A stretch of 64,000 nt of DNA from a virus: positions 60,689 through 124,688 of IMG/VR virus record IMGVR_UViG_3300032117_000009; one strand, written 5' to 3'. Positions within the stretch are counted from its first letter, which is position 1; each line of letters opens with the position of its first letter. Below, one piece after another: positions 36,367-45,813 of this stretch. A program made the translations under genes and the position numbers. The notes beneath the pieces were generated by a model that saw nothing but the letters and a program-made list of their open reading frames with translations, made no database searches and was not told the DNA's origin.

Positions 36367-36785
36367 CGCTCCCCCTCTAGTGCTGCACGGGCTGCCTTGC
36401 CCAACTCCGCCGAGAACGGGTATCGCTCATCGTCGGGCCAGTCGGCAACCTTCTTCGCTGCCTTTCGGCTGATCGTGATGGTAACAAAAGTTGGCACAAG
36501 GTGACTTTGTGTTCCATCCCGCTGCCCTAATGCGTCTGGCGTCGAGTGCTCTAAACGCTTGGAGCGAGCGTGTAAACCGCTTGTTACGTCATTATCGGAG
36601 TCAAGCGACTTGACGTTCATATCGGAGTCGCTCTCCATCGGTTCGGTCGCTCCGTCCATTGCATCAAGCGCCTCAATGAATCTCGCAGCGGTGTCGTTCG
36701 ACATGCGTTCAAACTGCTCCCTGGTGATGGTGATGGTCACTGTTTCAGTCTCTTGTTTCATTGGCCATGGTGAATACTCAATCAT
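36363..36785 (-). CDS. Island hypothetical protein 1 with two VTITI[TS]R modules
   Basis: TVTITITRE and FVTITISRK; ends RAALEGER. Confidence 0.65.
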   Translation of the reverse strand: MIEYSPWPMKQETETVTITITREQFERMSNDTAARFIEALDAMDGATEPMESDSDMNVKSLDSDNDVTSGLHARSKRLEHSTPDALGQRDGTQSHLVPTFVTITISRKAAKKVADWPDDERYPFSAELGKAARAALEGER

Positions 36786-37398
36786 CGTTTAAACCATTCT
36801 TCCTATGTTCATCACAAAGCGTTGCATACCAATAATTATCTTCCCTTAGTATACCTGGAACGCCACATATCTGGCATGTTTCTACAGACTTCTTCTCAGC
36901 TTCCGCGATAAGATTGCTTATAGCATCATATGATTCTACACCACAGTAATAACGAAGACCACCAAATTTTTCTTTAATTTGAAAAATATTATGCCCAGGT
37001 GAAATAGCCTCAATGTCATCATAGAGTTTTTCTACAATAGCTTTCCACCCATCAGGATAAAGGCCTTCCCAATCATCAAGTTTAGATTTATCAGTCATTG
37101 TCATTAAAAATTTTTCGTTATTCTTTAATAAATAGCTGTCAATAACTTCCTTGAGATCCTTAACGTTATCGTTGTTCAATACAACGCCAGCGTTGTGATA
37201 CGGCCTGCAAAATAAAATTTTAATTGCTGCCTTGGTTCTATCAACAATACCACTGGGTTCATATGAACTTACAATCTCAAAATAACCCCAATCCTCTTCT
37301 CTATCGTCTGTAATTAATCTAATGTGATGCCAATCTGAACAATCACATGGAAATCTATAATCATGTAAATAAGTAAAGTTTGATCGAAGCTCAGTCAT
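36778..37398 (-). CDS. Two-module phage protein with QIKEKFGGLR.Y...C..CG domain
   Basis: Recognisable C-terminal QIKEKFGGLRYY...TCQICG...TLCDEH; start moved to MTELRSN. Confidence 0.7.
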   Translation of the reverse strand: MTELRSNFTYLHDYRFPCDCSDWHHIRLITDDREEDWGYFEIVSSYEPSGIVDRTKAAIKILFCRPYHNAGVVLNNDNVKDLKEVIDSYLLKNNEKFLMTMTDKSKLDDWEGLYPDGWKAIVEKLYDDIEAISPGHNIFQIKEKFGGLRYYCGVESYDAISNLIAEAEKKSVETCQICGVPGILREDNYWYATLCDEHRKNGLNDD

Positions 37399-37603
37399 AG
37401 AACAACTCCAACGTTTCACATGCCTTTGAAGCCTTAGCAAGACGCTCAGCTGATGCTTCCCATTGTTCTCTAGTCACACCTTCAGTCTCGCTGAGAGTGA
37501 AAGACTCTTCCGTAGCAAGATAATACTCACGATAAGGATCATTCTCCTTATTTAGTGCAACAACCTCTTCCTTACGCTTCCTTGCCTCTGAATTCGTTGC
37601 CAT
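37391..37603 (-). CDS. Hypothetical protein
   Basis: TAATG-coupled ORF. Confidence 0.6.
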   Translation of the reverse strand: MATNSEARKRKEEVVALNKENDPYREYYLATEESFTLSETEGVTREQWEASAERLAKASKACETLELFYD

Positions 37604-37914
37604 TACTCATCTTCCTTATACATACCAAGTGCATCAAGCGTTTGGTCAAGCTTATCAAGTGACTCATTGCCAATTACCCTAAAAATTGCCATAATCTCTT
37701 CATCTGTCGTAACGTCATATGCAGTTGAAATAACGTCAAAAACCTTTTCAATAAAACCAGGTTCAAGCTCTGTCAAACTAATGAGAGTCTTATTGTCAAC
37801 ATTCACAGTATCAATCTTTGCAATGTGATCTTCAAAAAGGCGACGACAACGAACACATCCAGTGCCCAAATCATCCCACTCAAACTCATCACAAACATCT
37901 GGGTCTGTCGTCAC
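37603..37914 (-). CDS. Hypothetical protein with N-terminal C..F.....C..C....H motif
   Basis: Coupled ORF. Confidence 0.6.
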   Translation of the reverse strand: MTTDPDVCDEFEWDDLGTGCVRCRRLFEDHIAKIDTVNVDNKTLISLTELEPGFIEKVFDVISTAYDVTTDEEIMAIFRVIGNESLDKLDQTLDALGMYKEDE

Positions 37915-38057
37915 GTTTCCTCCCCCAACACATCAAGGACATTCGTATTAGCAGCAAGCTTACGAGCAAGCTTAAGGCGATATGCCTCACGCTCCTTCTT
38001 GTAACGCTCCTTGCCAATCTTCATTTGGTGCTTTGAACCAGGGCTACGCTTACTCAT
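37911..38057 (-). CDS. Small basic protein
   Basis: MSKRSPG...; AAGGAAG RBS; start moved from 38105. Confidence 0.55.
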   Translation of the reverse strand: MSKRSPGSKHQMKIGKERYKKEREAYRLKLARKLAANTNVLDVLGEET

Positions 38058-38070
38058 TGTATCTTCCTTT

Positions 38071-38454
38071 CTAACGAATCCAATATGTGTTGCCAGCAAA
38101 CTCAACTGAAGAGTAATCCATCTTCAGCTCCCAAGCAGCCTTTTCCCAATCGATGCAACTGATGGGCCAAGTGTACTCAGATGGGATCATGTCCATCTCT
38201 TCTGCCAAGTCCTGTGCGTGCTCAATGAACGTGCGATCAGAGATAAGGGTTGCACCATAATTCCAGTCATCAAAACCTCTACCTTGCTCAATCAGAGCAC
38301 TCAAGCAGTTCAGCTCCTTAGCCTCTGACTCATCCAGATCACGCTCACCAGCCTCTTCCTGAAGCTCCTTCCATCGTGCCTCAACGTCAGTGCTGTAAAT
38401 CGTGTCTTCTAGTGGGCTGATCTCCCACTGATCAAAGTTAAGTGTCGTACTCAT
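38071..38454 (-). CDS. Acidic protein, ArdA-like antirestriction candidate
   Basis: Very acidic; C-terminal IDWEKAAWELKMDYS.V.F.G.TYW.R resembles the ArdA C-terminal region; first gene after a strong promoter. Confidence 0.5.
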   Translation of the reverse strand: MSTTLNFDQWEISPLEDTIYSTDVEARWKELQEEAGERDLDESEAKELNCLSALIEQGRGFDDWNYGATLISDRTFIEHAQDLAEEMDMIPSEYTWPISCIDWEKAAWELKMDYSSVEFAGNTYWIR

Positions 38455-38476
38455 GTTCTTACTCCTTGTTTGTTGT

Positions 38477-38516
38477 TTACTGATTACTACTCTAACAGGT
38501 GTTCACAGTTTGTCAA
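38477..38516 (-). promoter_or_regulatory. Early promoter-leader cassette, copy 2
   Basis: TTGACA-16 nt-TAGAGT with TG extension, A-tract upstream, then TCAGTAA and AAGGAGTA. Confidence 0.8.
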
Positions 38517-38537
38517 GCACTTTTTTATTTTTTTTTC

Positions 38538-38741
38538 TTAAACTTTTGGCTTGATACGTTTTCTTGTTGTTACATTATGATCATACTGGTCTTCGTACCA
38601 CTCTGCAAACTCAAGTTCTGCGTTATGAGCTTCTTCCCATGTTGCATAGTATCCCAAAGAATACTCTAAATCATCACGCTTTGCTCTTGCGTGCCATGGC
38701 TTACTCAGCTTCTTGTGAGTCCTCTTGCTTGGCATCTTCAC
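38538..38741 (-). CDS. Stand-alone AP2-like DNA-binding domain protein
   Basis: KPWHARAKRDDLEYSLGYYATWEEAHNA fits W.A......LG.F.T.EEA..A. Confidence 0.55.
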   Translation of the reverse strand: MKMPSKRTHKKLSKPWHARAKRDDLEYSLGYYATWEEAHNAELEFAEWYEDQYDHNVTTRKRIKPKV

Positions 38742-39012
38742 TCTCTAATCTTACTGCCGGTTTTCCAGCATTTAAGAATTGATTCTCTAAATCTCTTTCC
38801 ATCAGTATAGGCATATCAAATGCATCTTTGATATCTTGGAAACAATCCCAAAGGTATTCTACGTGGTCTGAATATAACTCTAATGGAAGCATTGACCAAG
38901 ATGTAATATCACCATCAATATCATAATGGACTTCTCTTATAGATACAGTTTTATCTAAACCAATCATGACACGGTAATCCCATGACATTTCACCGTCTTC
39001 TAATTCACCCAT
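38701..39012 (-). CDS. Conserved phage hypothetical protein; paralog of 33097-33378
   Basis: MSWDYRVM...IREVHYD..G.I..WS. Confidence 0.7.
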   Translation of the reverse strand: MGELEDGEMSWDYRVMIGLDKTVSIREVHYDIDGDITSWSMLPLELYSDHVEYLWDCFQDIKDAFDMPILMERDLENQFLNAGKPAVRLESEDAKQEDSQEAE

Positions 39013-39166
39013 TGTTTACCTTTTGTTTACTTTTTATTCACATTTATCACAAATAATAAACATGATATCAAACGCATTCTTTGGAGCCATGAAGAACTCA
39101 ATGTTTCCACAACGCTTGCAAGCATGGGTTGTCTTTTTCATATCATTAATCATAGCCTCTTCATCT

Positions 39167-39592
39167 TCAGCAATCATTTCCATTAGATGATTCTTCATGT
39201 ATGACATTTGATTTTTCCTTTTTTACTCTTGAGCGATAATACTTTTTCGCCTCTACTGTTGCACCTAACCCTACCACAGTATCATGCCACTTTTTGTTGT
39301 GTGATGCGTTTTGTAGAATTAGATGCGCTACTTCATGGATGAGAGTATGTGATGGCCTACCTGTGGCTGTAATAACAGCTCCTGGATCAGCTATACATAT
39401 CCAACCTTTCCATTCATCATCTTGCAATGCATGTGCATGTGCTTCGATAATTTTCCAATCTAATGGATCATTACCTGTAACGCAACCCTCACCTACATAA
39501 ATTCCCCAAACTTTTGATAATTCTGGGTATTCAACCATGTCAAAAAGATCTTGTGCTTTGTGTGGTCCTTTGCGAAGCTTTCTTTTTGCCAT
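39167..39592 (-). CDS. Zincin/SprT-like metalloprotein
   Basis: LIHEVAHL...HNKKWH (HExxH plus downstream His). Confidence 0.65.
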   Translation of the reverse strand: MAKRKLRKGPHKAQDLFDMVEYPELSKVWGIYVGEGCVTGNDPLDWKIIEAHAHALQDDEWKGWICIADPGAVITATGRPSHTLIHEVAHLILQNASHNKKWHDTVVGLGATVEAKKYYRSRVKKEKSNVIHEESSNGNDC

Positions 39593-39763
39593 GTTCTTAC
39601 CTTATTTGTTTAAAGAACTCTTTGATTGATCCTAATGTCCATATAGATATGTTTTTAGTTGCTTCTGTGACTGCTGTTAACTTTAGTTTAATTAAATGAA
39701 CTTTGCGTGAACGTTGCATGAAATACAATTAATTTTGTTTTGTAATTATTTCTACAATAATCC

Positions 39764-39994
39764 TCATGAAATGTTATTTTCATACCCAATGTTTGTATAG
39801 CTATTATAGCTCATCGGAGTGCAGTTTATTGCCTTATAATTTACATTGAAATTAATATTTTGAGAAGATGTTATGGTATGTGTTCTAAAACCTTCCCACA
39901 AATAATTATTATTCTTCTTCTTGTAATTTTCTTTGCGCTTTTGCAAATAAAAATCTTTTGCTGTTTGTCCTGGTTGTTTTACTAAGCGTTCCAT
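39764..39994 (-). CDS. Hypothetical protein
   Basis: ORF only. Confidence 0.45.
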   Translation of the reverse strand: MERLVKQPGQTAKDFYLQKRKENYKKKNNNYLWEGFRTHTITSSQNINFNVNYKAINCTPMSYNSYTNIGYENNIS

Positions 39995-40479
39995 TCTTTA
40001 CCATCCATGAGAATAGGAGCTGCGCCAATATTTTTAAATGAATATTCAATTATATCAACGCCACCATCAATTAAAATTTTATTTCCAATTCTAATTGATT
40101 CAGTCCACCTAGGGAATGATTGTTCAACAATTTCTTTATGACGTATTACCTTTGTAACGCCTGAAAGAACAATAGCTCTTGAACAATCTGCACAGCTACT
40201 CCATGGTGAAAACAATATTGAGCCATCCGTTGGAATATTTTTTTTATGAGCTGCAAAAATGGCACTTCTTTCTGCATGTTCCATGATGGCATATTTATTA
40301 TTTCTGTACTCATCACTATCAATTGTAAAGCCAGGAGATGGTTCATTGCAAGCTGGAATCATTAAATTTTTTTTTGAAACAAGAACTACACCTACTTGCG
40401 TTCTGGTGTCAGGGCTAACTGAAGCAGATTTGTAAGCTATTTTAAACATCATCTTAACGCTATCTTCAGTTAATATCAT
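39982..40479 (-). CDS. dCMP deaminase-like Zn deaminase
   Basis: HAERSAI and SPWSSCADCSRAIV zinc motifs; S.D..TQVG at the N-terminus. Confidence 0.85.
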   Translation of the reverse strand: MILTEDSVKMMFKIAYKSASVSPDTRTQVGVVLVSKKNLMIPACNEPSPGFTIDSDEYRNNKYAIMEHAERSAIFAAHKKNIPTDGSILFSPWSSCADCSRAIVLSGVTKVIRHKEIVEQSFPRWTESIRIGNKILIDGGVDIIEYSFKNIGAAPILMDGKEWNA

Positions 40480-40712
40480 TGTAATATTTCTACCTCATTT
40501 TTTGTTTCAATCCAAACACGAGCGCCACAAGAAAGTGGTTTATCAGGTGAATAAACTACTCTTGCTACCTCAACACCATCTTTATCTTTTATAGCTATTT
40601 GGTGAGCATAATCATTGCTTTTGTAAGTTTTTACTGTAATGACAGGATGATTGGCGCTATTTTTAATATTTTTTTTGATGTTGTGTTGATTTACATGAAT
40701 TATTGTTTTCAC
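40476..40712 (-). CDS. Conserved phage protein (IIHVNQH...LSCGARVWIET family)
   Basis: Recognisable motif set. Confidence 0.75.
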   Translation of the reverse strand: MKTIIHVNQHNIKKNIKNSANHPVITVKTYKSNDYAHQIAIKDKDGVEVARVVYSPDKPLSCGARVWIETKNEVEILQ

Positions 40713-41188
40713 TTAATATTCTTTTTCCAAAGTGTTTGCTTTGCGAAATCCTTACTGAAAAAATCATTGGCCTTTGAAGGAATTGACTCTTGCAAAGATT
40801 CAATATAATTAAGCGCCCTTACATTCATCTCAACAGTCTTCATCTTTTGAATGAGGTTATCAACTCTATCTTGCATGTCATTAAAAGCTGACTCAAACTT
40901 ATTGATCAAAGTATTTTCATCAAATTCATTGGCTTCACAATTACAAGTTTTACAACAAACGTCATTACACTTATCATCATCATAATCATCATCATAGTCT
41001 TCAGAACCATCGTTGAACTCAAGCCAATTCTGGACTGCAGCTGCAAAATCAGGCATTCTCGTATCATTATCCATGACAAAGTTTTCAGCTGCTTCTGCCA
41101 AATTCAACAAAGCATAATACTGATCCAATGAAATTGTTACTTCTGTAGTTTTATTTTCCATCTTTTCTCTCTTTTCTGTATTTTCCAT
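40709..41188 (-). CDS. Hypothetical protein with acidic/Cys centre and coiled coil
   Basis: ORF; true start may be 41161. Confidence 0.6.
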   Translation of the reverse strand: MENTEKREKMENKTTEVTISLDQYYALLNLAEAAENFVMDNDTRMPDFAAAVQNWLEFNDGSEDYDDDYDDDKCNDVCCKTCNCEANEFDENTLINKFESAFNDMQDRVDNLIQKMKTVEMNVRALNYIESLQESIPSKANDFFSKDFAKQTLWKKNIK

Positions 41189-41200
41189 TTTTATTTTTTC

Positions 41201-41614
41201 CTAATTGTAGTAACGAACGTACCACTCTGGAACCTGAGCAACCCACTTGAGCCTGCTGACACGCTCCGCCTTGTCCTCATCACTTCCAACCCATCGAACC
41301 AAAACACGCTTTTCAGTGATGTATCCAACAACTTCACCATAACGCAATGGCTGCTCTTCCTCAGGGTCTGCAGGAGGATTGGGGTAAGTGTACTTAACCT
41401 TATCACCAATCTCAAGCTTCAAATCAACCTTGTTTCCATTCTCATCGTACAATGAACGGCACATGAGCTGAACAGCATCTGGGTTAACGTACATTGACTT
41501 TGCACCCATTTGAACAAGGATTCCCCTGTTTGGGTCTGTCTTGATAACAGTTGCTTGCTGGCCATTCTCATAGCCCTGGACCTTGACCACATCACCTGAA
41601 TTGATGGTACGCAT
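41201..41614 (-). CDS. Protein with two SH3/KOW-like modules
   Basis: NSGDVVKV and EIGDKVKY; own promoter-like leader. Confidence 0.6.
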   Translation of the reverse strand: MRTINSGDVVKVQGYENGQQATVIKTDPNRGILVQMGAKSMYVNPDAVQLMCRSLYDENGNKVDLKLEIGDKVKYTYPNPPADPEEEQPLRYGEVVGYITEKRVLVRWVGSDEDKAERVSRLKWVAQVPEWYVRYYN

Positions 41615-41872
41615 TTTACTAACCTATCTTTCTTACTAGTGAGAGGGTTCTTGTACCTCTCTGTTAACTACATTACACGATTTTTTGTCTGTCGTGTCGT
41701 TTTTTTTACGATTTTTTATTTTTTTTAGTATTTTTTGCTTCTACGATGAATTTTGCAATTGTCATCGCTTTCACAAGCTTTATCTATGAAATCAAAATCC
41801 TGTTCCACACCTGATTCAAAATAGTCAGAAATTATTCTATTAATCGTTTTTTTATCAATGACGTTTTTTGAT

Positions 41873-42043
41873 TCAGTCATCAAACAACTTCAACTGATCT
41901 GGATTATTTTGATTTGCAATTTGATTTTTTAAAGCTTCAAGAATTGTTTTAGTAGCATCAATGTCGCCTCTATCATATCCAATCTTGTAAGCATTGAATA
42001 CAATAAATATAAAACAAATCGAAACAATGATAAATGAAATCAT
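41873..42043 (-). CDS. Small membrane protein
   Basis: MISFIIVSICFIFIVF; start moved from 42094. Confidence 0.5.
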   Translation of the reverse strand: MISFIIVSICFIFIVFNAYKIGYDRGDIDATKTILEALKNQIANQNNPDQLKLFDD

Positions 42044-42047
42044 TTTG

Positions 42048-42347
42048 CTAGTCCTTTTTCTTGAAAAGCACAATGGAAAAACTATGCTTTCCAAAATTCT
42101 TCACGAGCGACTGAGAGTTACCACTTTCATATGTTTCCCAATTCTCACCCTTTGCAAGCGCAAACATATCTGAAAGGTTTTCAGCAAAATAATTTAAAGA
42201 AATTCCCCTATAGCGAGGAATAAAGTGCGGATTGTTTTCCAAAAAATTCACAAAATCTTTTAGGTCATCAATAAAATCTTTATCAAGCTTATCAGGATCA
42301 CTGAATCCAAAATTCTTCTTTTTCATAACATCTTCAATTGTTACCAT
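42048..42347 (-). CDS. Hypothetical protein
   Basis: ORF preceded by TGTTATAAT extended -10. Confidence 0.6.
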   Translation of the reverse strand: MVTIEDVMKKKNFGFSDPDKLDKDFIDDLKDFVNFLENNPHFIPRYRGISLNYFAENLSDMFALAKGENWETYESGNSQSLVKNFGKHSFSIVLFKKKD

Positions 42348-42419
42348 TGTTTTTTTCTTTCTACTAGTTGCTTTTGTATTATAACAGATTTTTTCGGTTG
42401 TTTTTAAAAATGTTTTTTG

Positions 42420-42815
42420 TCAAAGTTTGATGTAGGTTTCCCCGTAAGGAACATAAGTTCCATCTTCATCGTAATCGTTTCCATCGTAATAGATTTCGCT
42501 TGTTGGGAACCATAGCAATTCATCTCCATGGTTGCTGCAATATGCAGCTACAAGAGCAAACTCCCTATCTTTGTCAACAACTTCAAAATCAAGATTGCCA
42601 TCACAAAATGGGCAGCTTTGATTGATGCTGAATTCAGGAAAAAAATCGAAGTAAGAACTATATCCATCTGAATCAGTTTCCCAAGTGCCACCATCCTGAT
42701 ATGCAACTGGGAACTCTTTGCTGTTTTCCATAATCCAGCCATCATCGGGATTCTCTGGGTTTTGAAGAACCCATGTGTTGCCATTGAGGTCAATCTTTTT
42801 ATTTTCACTGTTCAT
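42420..42815 (-). CDS. Acidic hypothetical protein with CPFC...C..H
   Basis: ORF preceded by TGCTATATT and AAGGAGTA. Confidence 0.65.
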   Translation of the reverse strand: MNSENKKIDLNGNTWVLQNPENPDDGWIMENSKEFPVAYQDGGTWETDSDGYSSYFDFFPEFSINQSCPFCDGNLDFEVVDKDREFALVAAYCSNHGDELLWFPTSEIYYDGNDYDEDGTYVPYGETYIKL

Positions 42816-42899
42816 TTTGATCTACTCCTTTTTTTGTATTTGCTACTTTTATCAATATAGCAGGTCTACAACGCTTTGTGTCGTTTTTTCAGATTTTTT

Positions 42900-43688
42900 T
42901 TAGGCTGCAACGATGCCCATAGCCTCTGCAACAAGGCGAGCTTCGAAAATTGCATCATGCTCAGAATTCTCAAGCTTTGTAATCTGACCCTCGATCAGGT
43001 ACTCAGCGTGAGCCTTAGCCTCATGAAGAGAATTGTACTCTTCGCCACCCTGCGAAAACCATCCATTCTCATTCACAACAAACACAACCTGCATCTCCCC
43101 ACAATCATCAACGATGTTCTTGGTCATGATGTAAGCCTGAGCAATATTGCCCCAGGTGTCTCCATCCTTCTTTGCAACAAGACGGAATTCACTCTGCTGT
43201 GCGGTGTACTCAATCTTGTAATCAATCGGCTTGATCTCCTGAGCAGCCTGGTTCTTGATGTTCATCACAGTGTTAAGGTAGTTCCTCTCTGCATTGTCAA
43301 TTTCATACTGGATAGTCTCGTTGATGACGTTCACGATGCGAGTTGCAATCATGCGCTCACCACGGATATCACCAAGGTTTTCGTTGCTGAAATCTGTAAC
43401 AGCATCAGCGAGAGACTGAGCAGTGTCAATGTCCATCTTAAAAAAGTTTCGCCAACCATTAGTCATCTCATTCATCGAACGGTAAAAAGCAGTTGAACGG
43501 ATCGACCAAAAACTATTGTTGTCAACGGTGGTTGCAAACAACTTGGGAGCGTTAGACCTGATCGTGTACGAAACGACACGTTCAATGAGATTCTTTTGAC
43601 GGTTAGTGAACTCAATACTCAAGACAATCTCGCTGCTCTCCTTGCGCTTCGGGATGTTGATGGCGTTGGTGTCGATTGCGATACTCAT
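42900..43688 (-). CDS. Early hypothetical protein
   Basis: ORF with promoter cassette and AAGGAG RBS. Confidence 0.7.
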   Translation of the reverse strand: MSIAIDTNAINIPKRKESSEIVLSIEFTNRQKNLIERVVSYTIRSNAPKLFATTVDNNSFWSIRSTAFYRSMNEMTNGWRNFFKMDIDTAQSLADAVTDFSNENLGDIRGERMIATRIVNVINETIQYEIDNAERNYLNTVMNIKNQAAQEIKPIDYKIEYTAQQSEFRLVAKKDGDTWGNIAQAYIMTKNIVDDCGEMQVVFVVNENGWFSQGGEEYNSLHEAKAHAEYLIEGQITKLENSEHDAIFEARLVAEAMGIVAA

Positions 43689-43724
43689 TATGTTTACTCC
43701 TTGATATTTACTGGTTGGTTTTTC

Positions 43725-43763
43725 TTACTGAGGTAACTCTATCAGATCTGAAGCAGATTGCAA
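43725..43763 (-). promoter_or_regulatory. Early promoter-leader cassette, copy 3
   Basis: TTGCAA-16 nt-TAGAGT with TG extension, A-tract upstream, then TCAGTAA and AAGGAGTA. Confidence 0.75.
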
Positions 43764-43793
43764 CACATTTTGGCGATTTTTTTATTTTTTTTG

Positions 43794-45809
43794 TTATCGC
43801 CTTGGATTTCCTTTGGCACGTCTAGCCATTGAGCCATAATCATATGGTCCACGATTCTTCATCGAAGACAATTTTTGTCTAGCGGTTGAAATATCAGACT
43901 CATAATAACCCATGGTCATTGGTGTGTGGTAACCACCCTGGGATGCAGCTAGTAGCTGTGTTGAGCCAAGCCTATCTCGTGTTTCCATTCTCCTGAAGTT
44001 ATCTTCTAGCAATTGGTCAACACAAACCATGAGACAGTCAGCAAGGTCCTTTGTTTGTACTGGTCCTACATCCTGCTTCTTGATCTTTCCATTTACTTCC
44101 TGAAGGAATCGAAGCTCGTTCTCCAGCAGACAAGAACCATCTTTGCCAAATTCATCTCTGTACGCATGTACCCAGCCCTGACCAATTGCTGATTTAAATC
44201 TTTCAGCACGCTTCATGTTTGCAGATGGCGTGAAAAGATCTTCCTTTACTATTGCCTTGTGTGGTGGCCTGGACTCTCTTAATCGCTTCTTCATCCTGGA
44301 GATTGTAACGAATGATCCATACTGGTCGTATGAGAATACTTTGAGAGTTGGGAACTTATTGATTGTTGATACAATCTCTTCCTCTACTTGTTCATAGTCA
44401 ATTTGATGGTCTGGGAAGTCTTCTGGGTTCCAGACTTTCATCCAGTCTGTGATGATGTGTGACCAAATCTCACCATCTTCTGGATCTGGAATTGGTTCTA
44501 CATGGCAAATCATTGCTGCAGTGTTAGCCTGAGACTTAGATGGGTCACAATGGCCTCTATAAACAAATGCCATTAAGCCATACTCTTGTTCAACTAATTG
44601 CCTAAGGTTACCTTGCCCATCAATAAATGGGTCATACATCTTTGCAATAACAGCTGGATTAAGGTAAGCATCAATAACATCAGCCCATTGGCTTAATCGC
44701 TCAACTTTAAAAACACTTGGTTCTCTTTGCTCAAGCTTCTTCATCTCTTCGTTGTACAGCTGTGGGGCACCACGGAACTGGAATCCTTGGGTAGCTTTTG
44801 GATCATCCCAATCCTCATACGGACCCCATGATGGCAATTGTGCTATTAACATGTTTGGGTAAACAGGATCACCTGTCTCTGCATCTTCCATTAAACCATT
44901 TTGGTACAGCTCATAGCATTTACCAATTTTGGTGAAAGGTGACGTTGGAATATAAATAAAACCGTCTTTACCGAACTGGTCAAGGGCAGGCGTGATAGCG
45001 TTGTAGACTTCATCAGACGTTCTAGGACCATCTGTTCCTACAAGCATGTGAGCAAACTCATCAAACATGACTGTAAAACATGCAGCACCACGAGATGCCT
45101 TAGAGTTCGATGTGATAGCCATGTTACGAACTGATGCAATCAATCGTTGTGGTCTAATGCCCCTAGCCTCGAATGCAGCAATTCTTCTTGTGTCTGCTGG
45201 TGTACGCAGAGCTACAAAATATTCTTTTGCTTCAGCTATGTAGGGCCTAAAACAATCTGCATCGATGATTGTGTTGGCAAGGTCAGCAAACTGATAAGCC
45301 TTAGCCTGCTGGATATTGGTAGCTGCACAGAAAAGGTAAACATCCTTTGATCTGTCAATACCATAATACCACTGAGGATCGTCTAGCTGAAGAAGCCTCC
45401 AGTTGTTGTATGCTCCCAGGATTCCACCAATATGGCCTTTACCACCACGGCGACCAGTAATATTAATTACTTCTTTGAAATGGTTATAGTCATTGGACTT
45501 GAGCCATTCTATTCTTTTCCAGATATCTGGAGAGATACCGATTGATACGCCTGTCTTGGAGAATCCTTTAGACCATTGATCAATAACTTCAAGGTCATAA
45601 TCTGTAAAATTTTCAACCTCTAAATTAATAAGTTTTAAAAGAGTTTTTTGGCGTGGGTACAGCTTTCTACCTAAGAATGCTGGGTGTTCAGCAAACTCAC
45701 AAATAGGCGGAATATCAGGTTCTTTTTTTAAAGCCTTGCTAGCAGAAGATAAGAAGTCTAATTCTTGAGACAGAATCTCCTGGTTAGCTTCTTTGCTTAC
45801 CCTTGCCAA
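43794..45809 (-). CDS. terL: Terminase large subunit
   Basis: Walker A ITGRRGGKG, Walker B VMFDEFAH, coupling motif IPTSP, nuclease acidic motifs HCDPS, YDQY, KDLADC. Confidence 0.88.
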   Translation of the reverse strand: MARVSKEANQEILSQELDFLSSASKALKKEPDIPPICEFAEHPAFLGRKLYPRQKTLLKLINLEVENFTDYDLEVIDQWSKGFSKTGVSIGISPDIWKRIEWLKSNDYNHFKEVINITGRRGGKGHIGGILGAYNNWRLLQLDDPQWYYGIDRSKDVYLFCAATNIQQAKAYQFADLANTIIDADCFRPYIAEAKEYFVALRTPADTRRIAAFEARGIRPQRLIASVRNMAITSNSKASRGAACFTVMFDEFAHMLVGTDGPRTSDEVYNAITPALDQFGKDGFIYIPTSPFTKIGKCYELYQNGLMEDAETGDPVYPNMLIAQLPSWGPYEDWDDPKATQGFQFRGAPQLYNEEMKKLEQREPSVFKVERLSQWADVIDAYLNPAVIAKMYDPFIDGQGNLRQLVEQEYGLMAFVYRGHCDPSKSQANTAAMICHVEPIPDPEDGEIWSHIITDWMKVWNPEDFPDHQIDYEQVEEEIVSTINKFPTLKVFSYDQYGSFVTISRMKKRLRESRPPHKAIVKEDLFTPSANMKRAERFKSAIGQGWVHAYRDEFGKDGSCLLENELRFLQEVNGKIKKQDVGPVQTKDLADCLMVCVDQLLEDNFRRMETRDRLGSTQLLAASQGGYHTPMTMGYYESDISTARQKLSSMKNRGPYDYGSMARRAKGNPRR

Positions 45810-45813
45810 TTAG

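Larger units (their letters stand above)
35503..36384 (-). repeat. Gene-junction direct repeat (AGCACTAGAGGGGGAGCGATGAG), three copies
   Basis: Identical 24 bp at 35741-35764 and 36361-36384, 23 bp at 35503-35525; degenerate 9 bp at 35313-35321. Confidence 0.9.
35313..36785 (-). mobile_element. GC-rich four-gene horizontally acquired island
   Basis: Abrupt shift to roughly 60% GC (by eye) against AT-rich flanks; four coupled ORFs all ending in G-E-R; no integrase or transposase seen. Confidence 0.7.
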
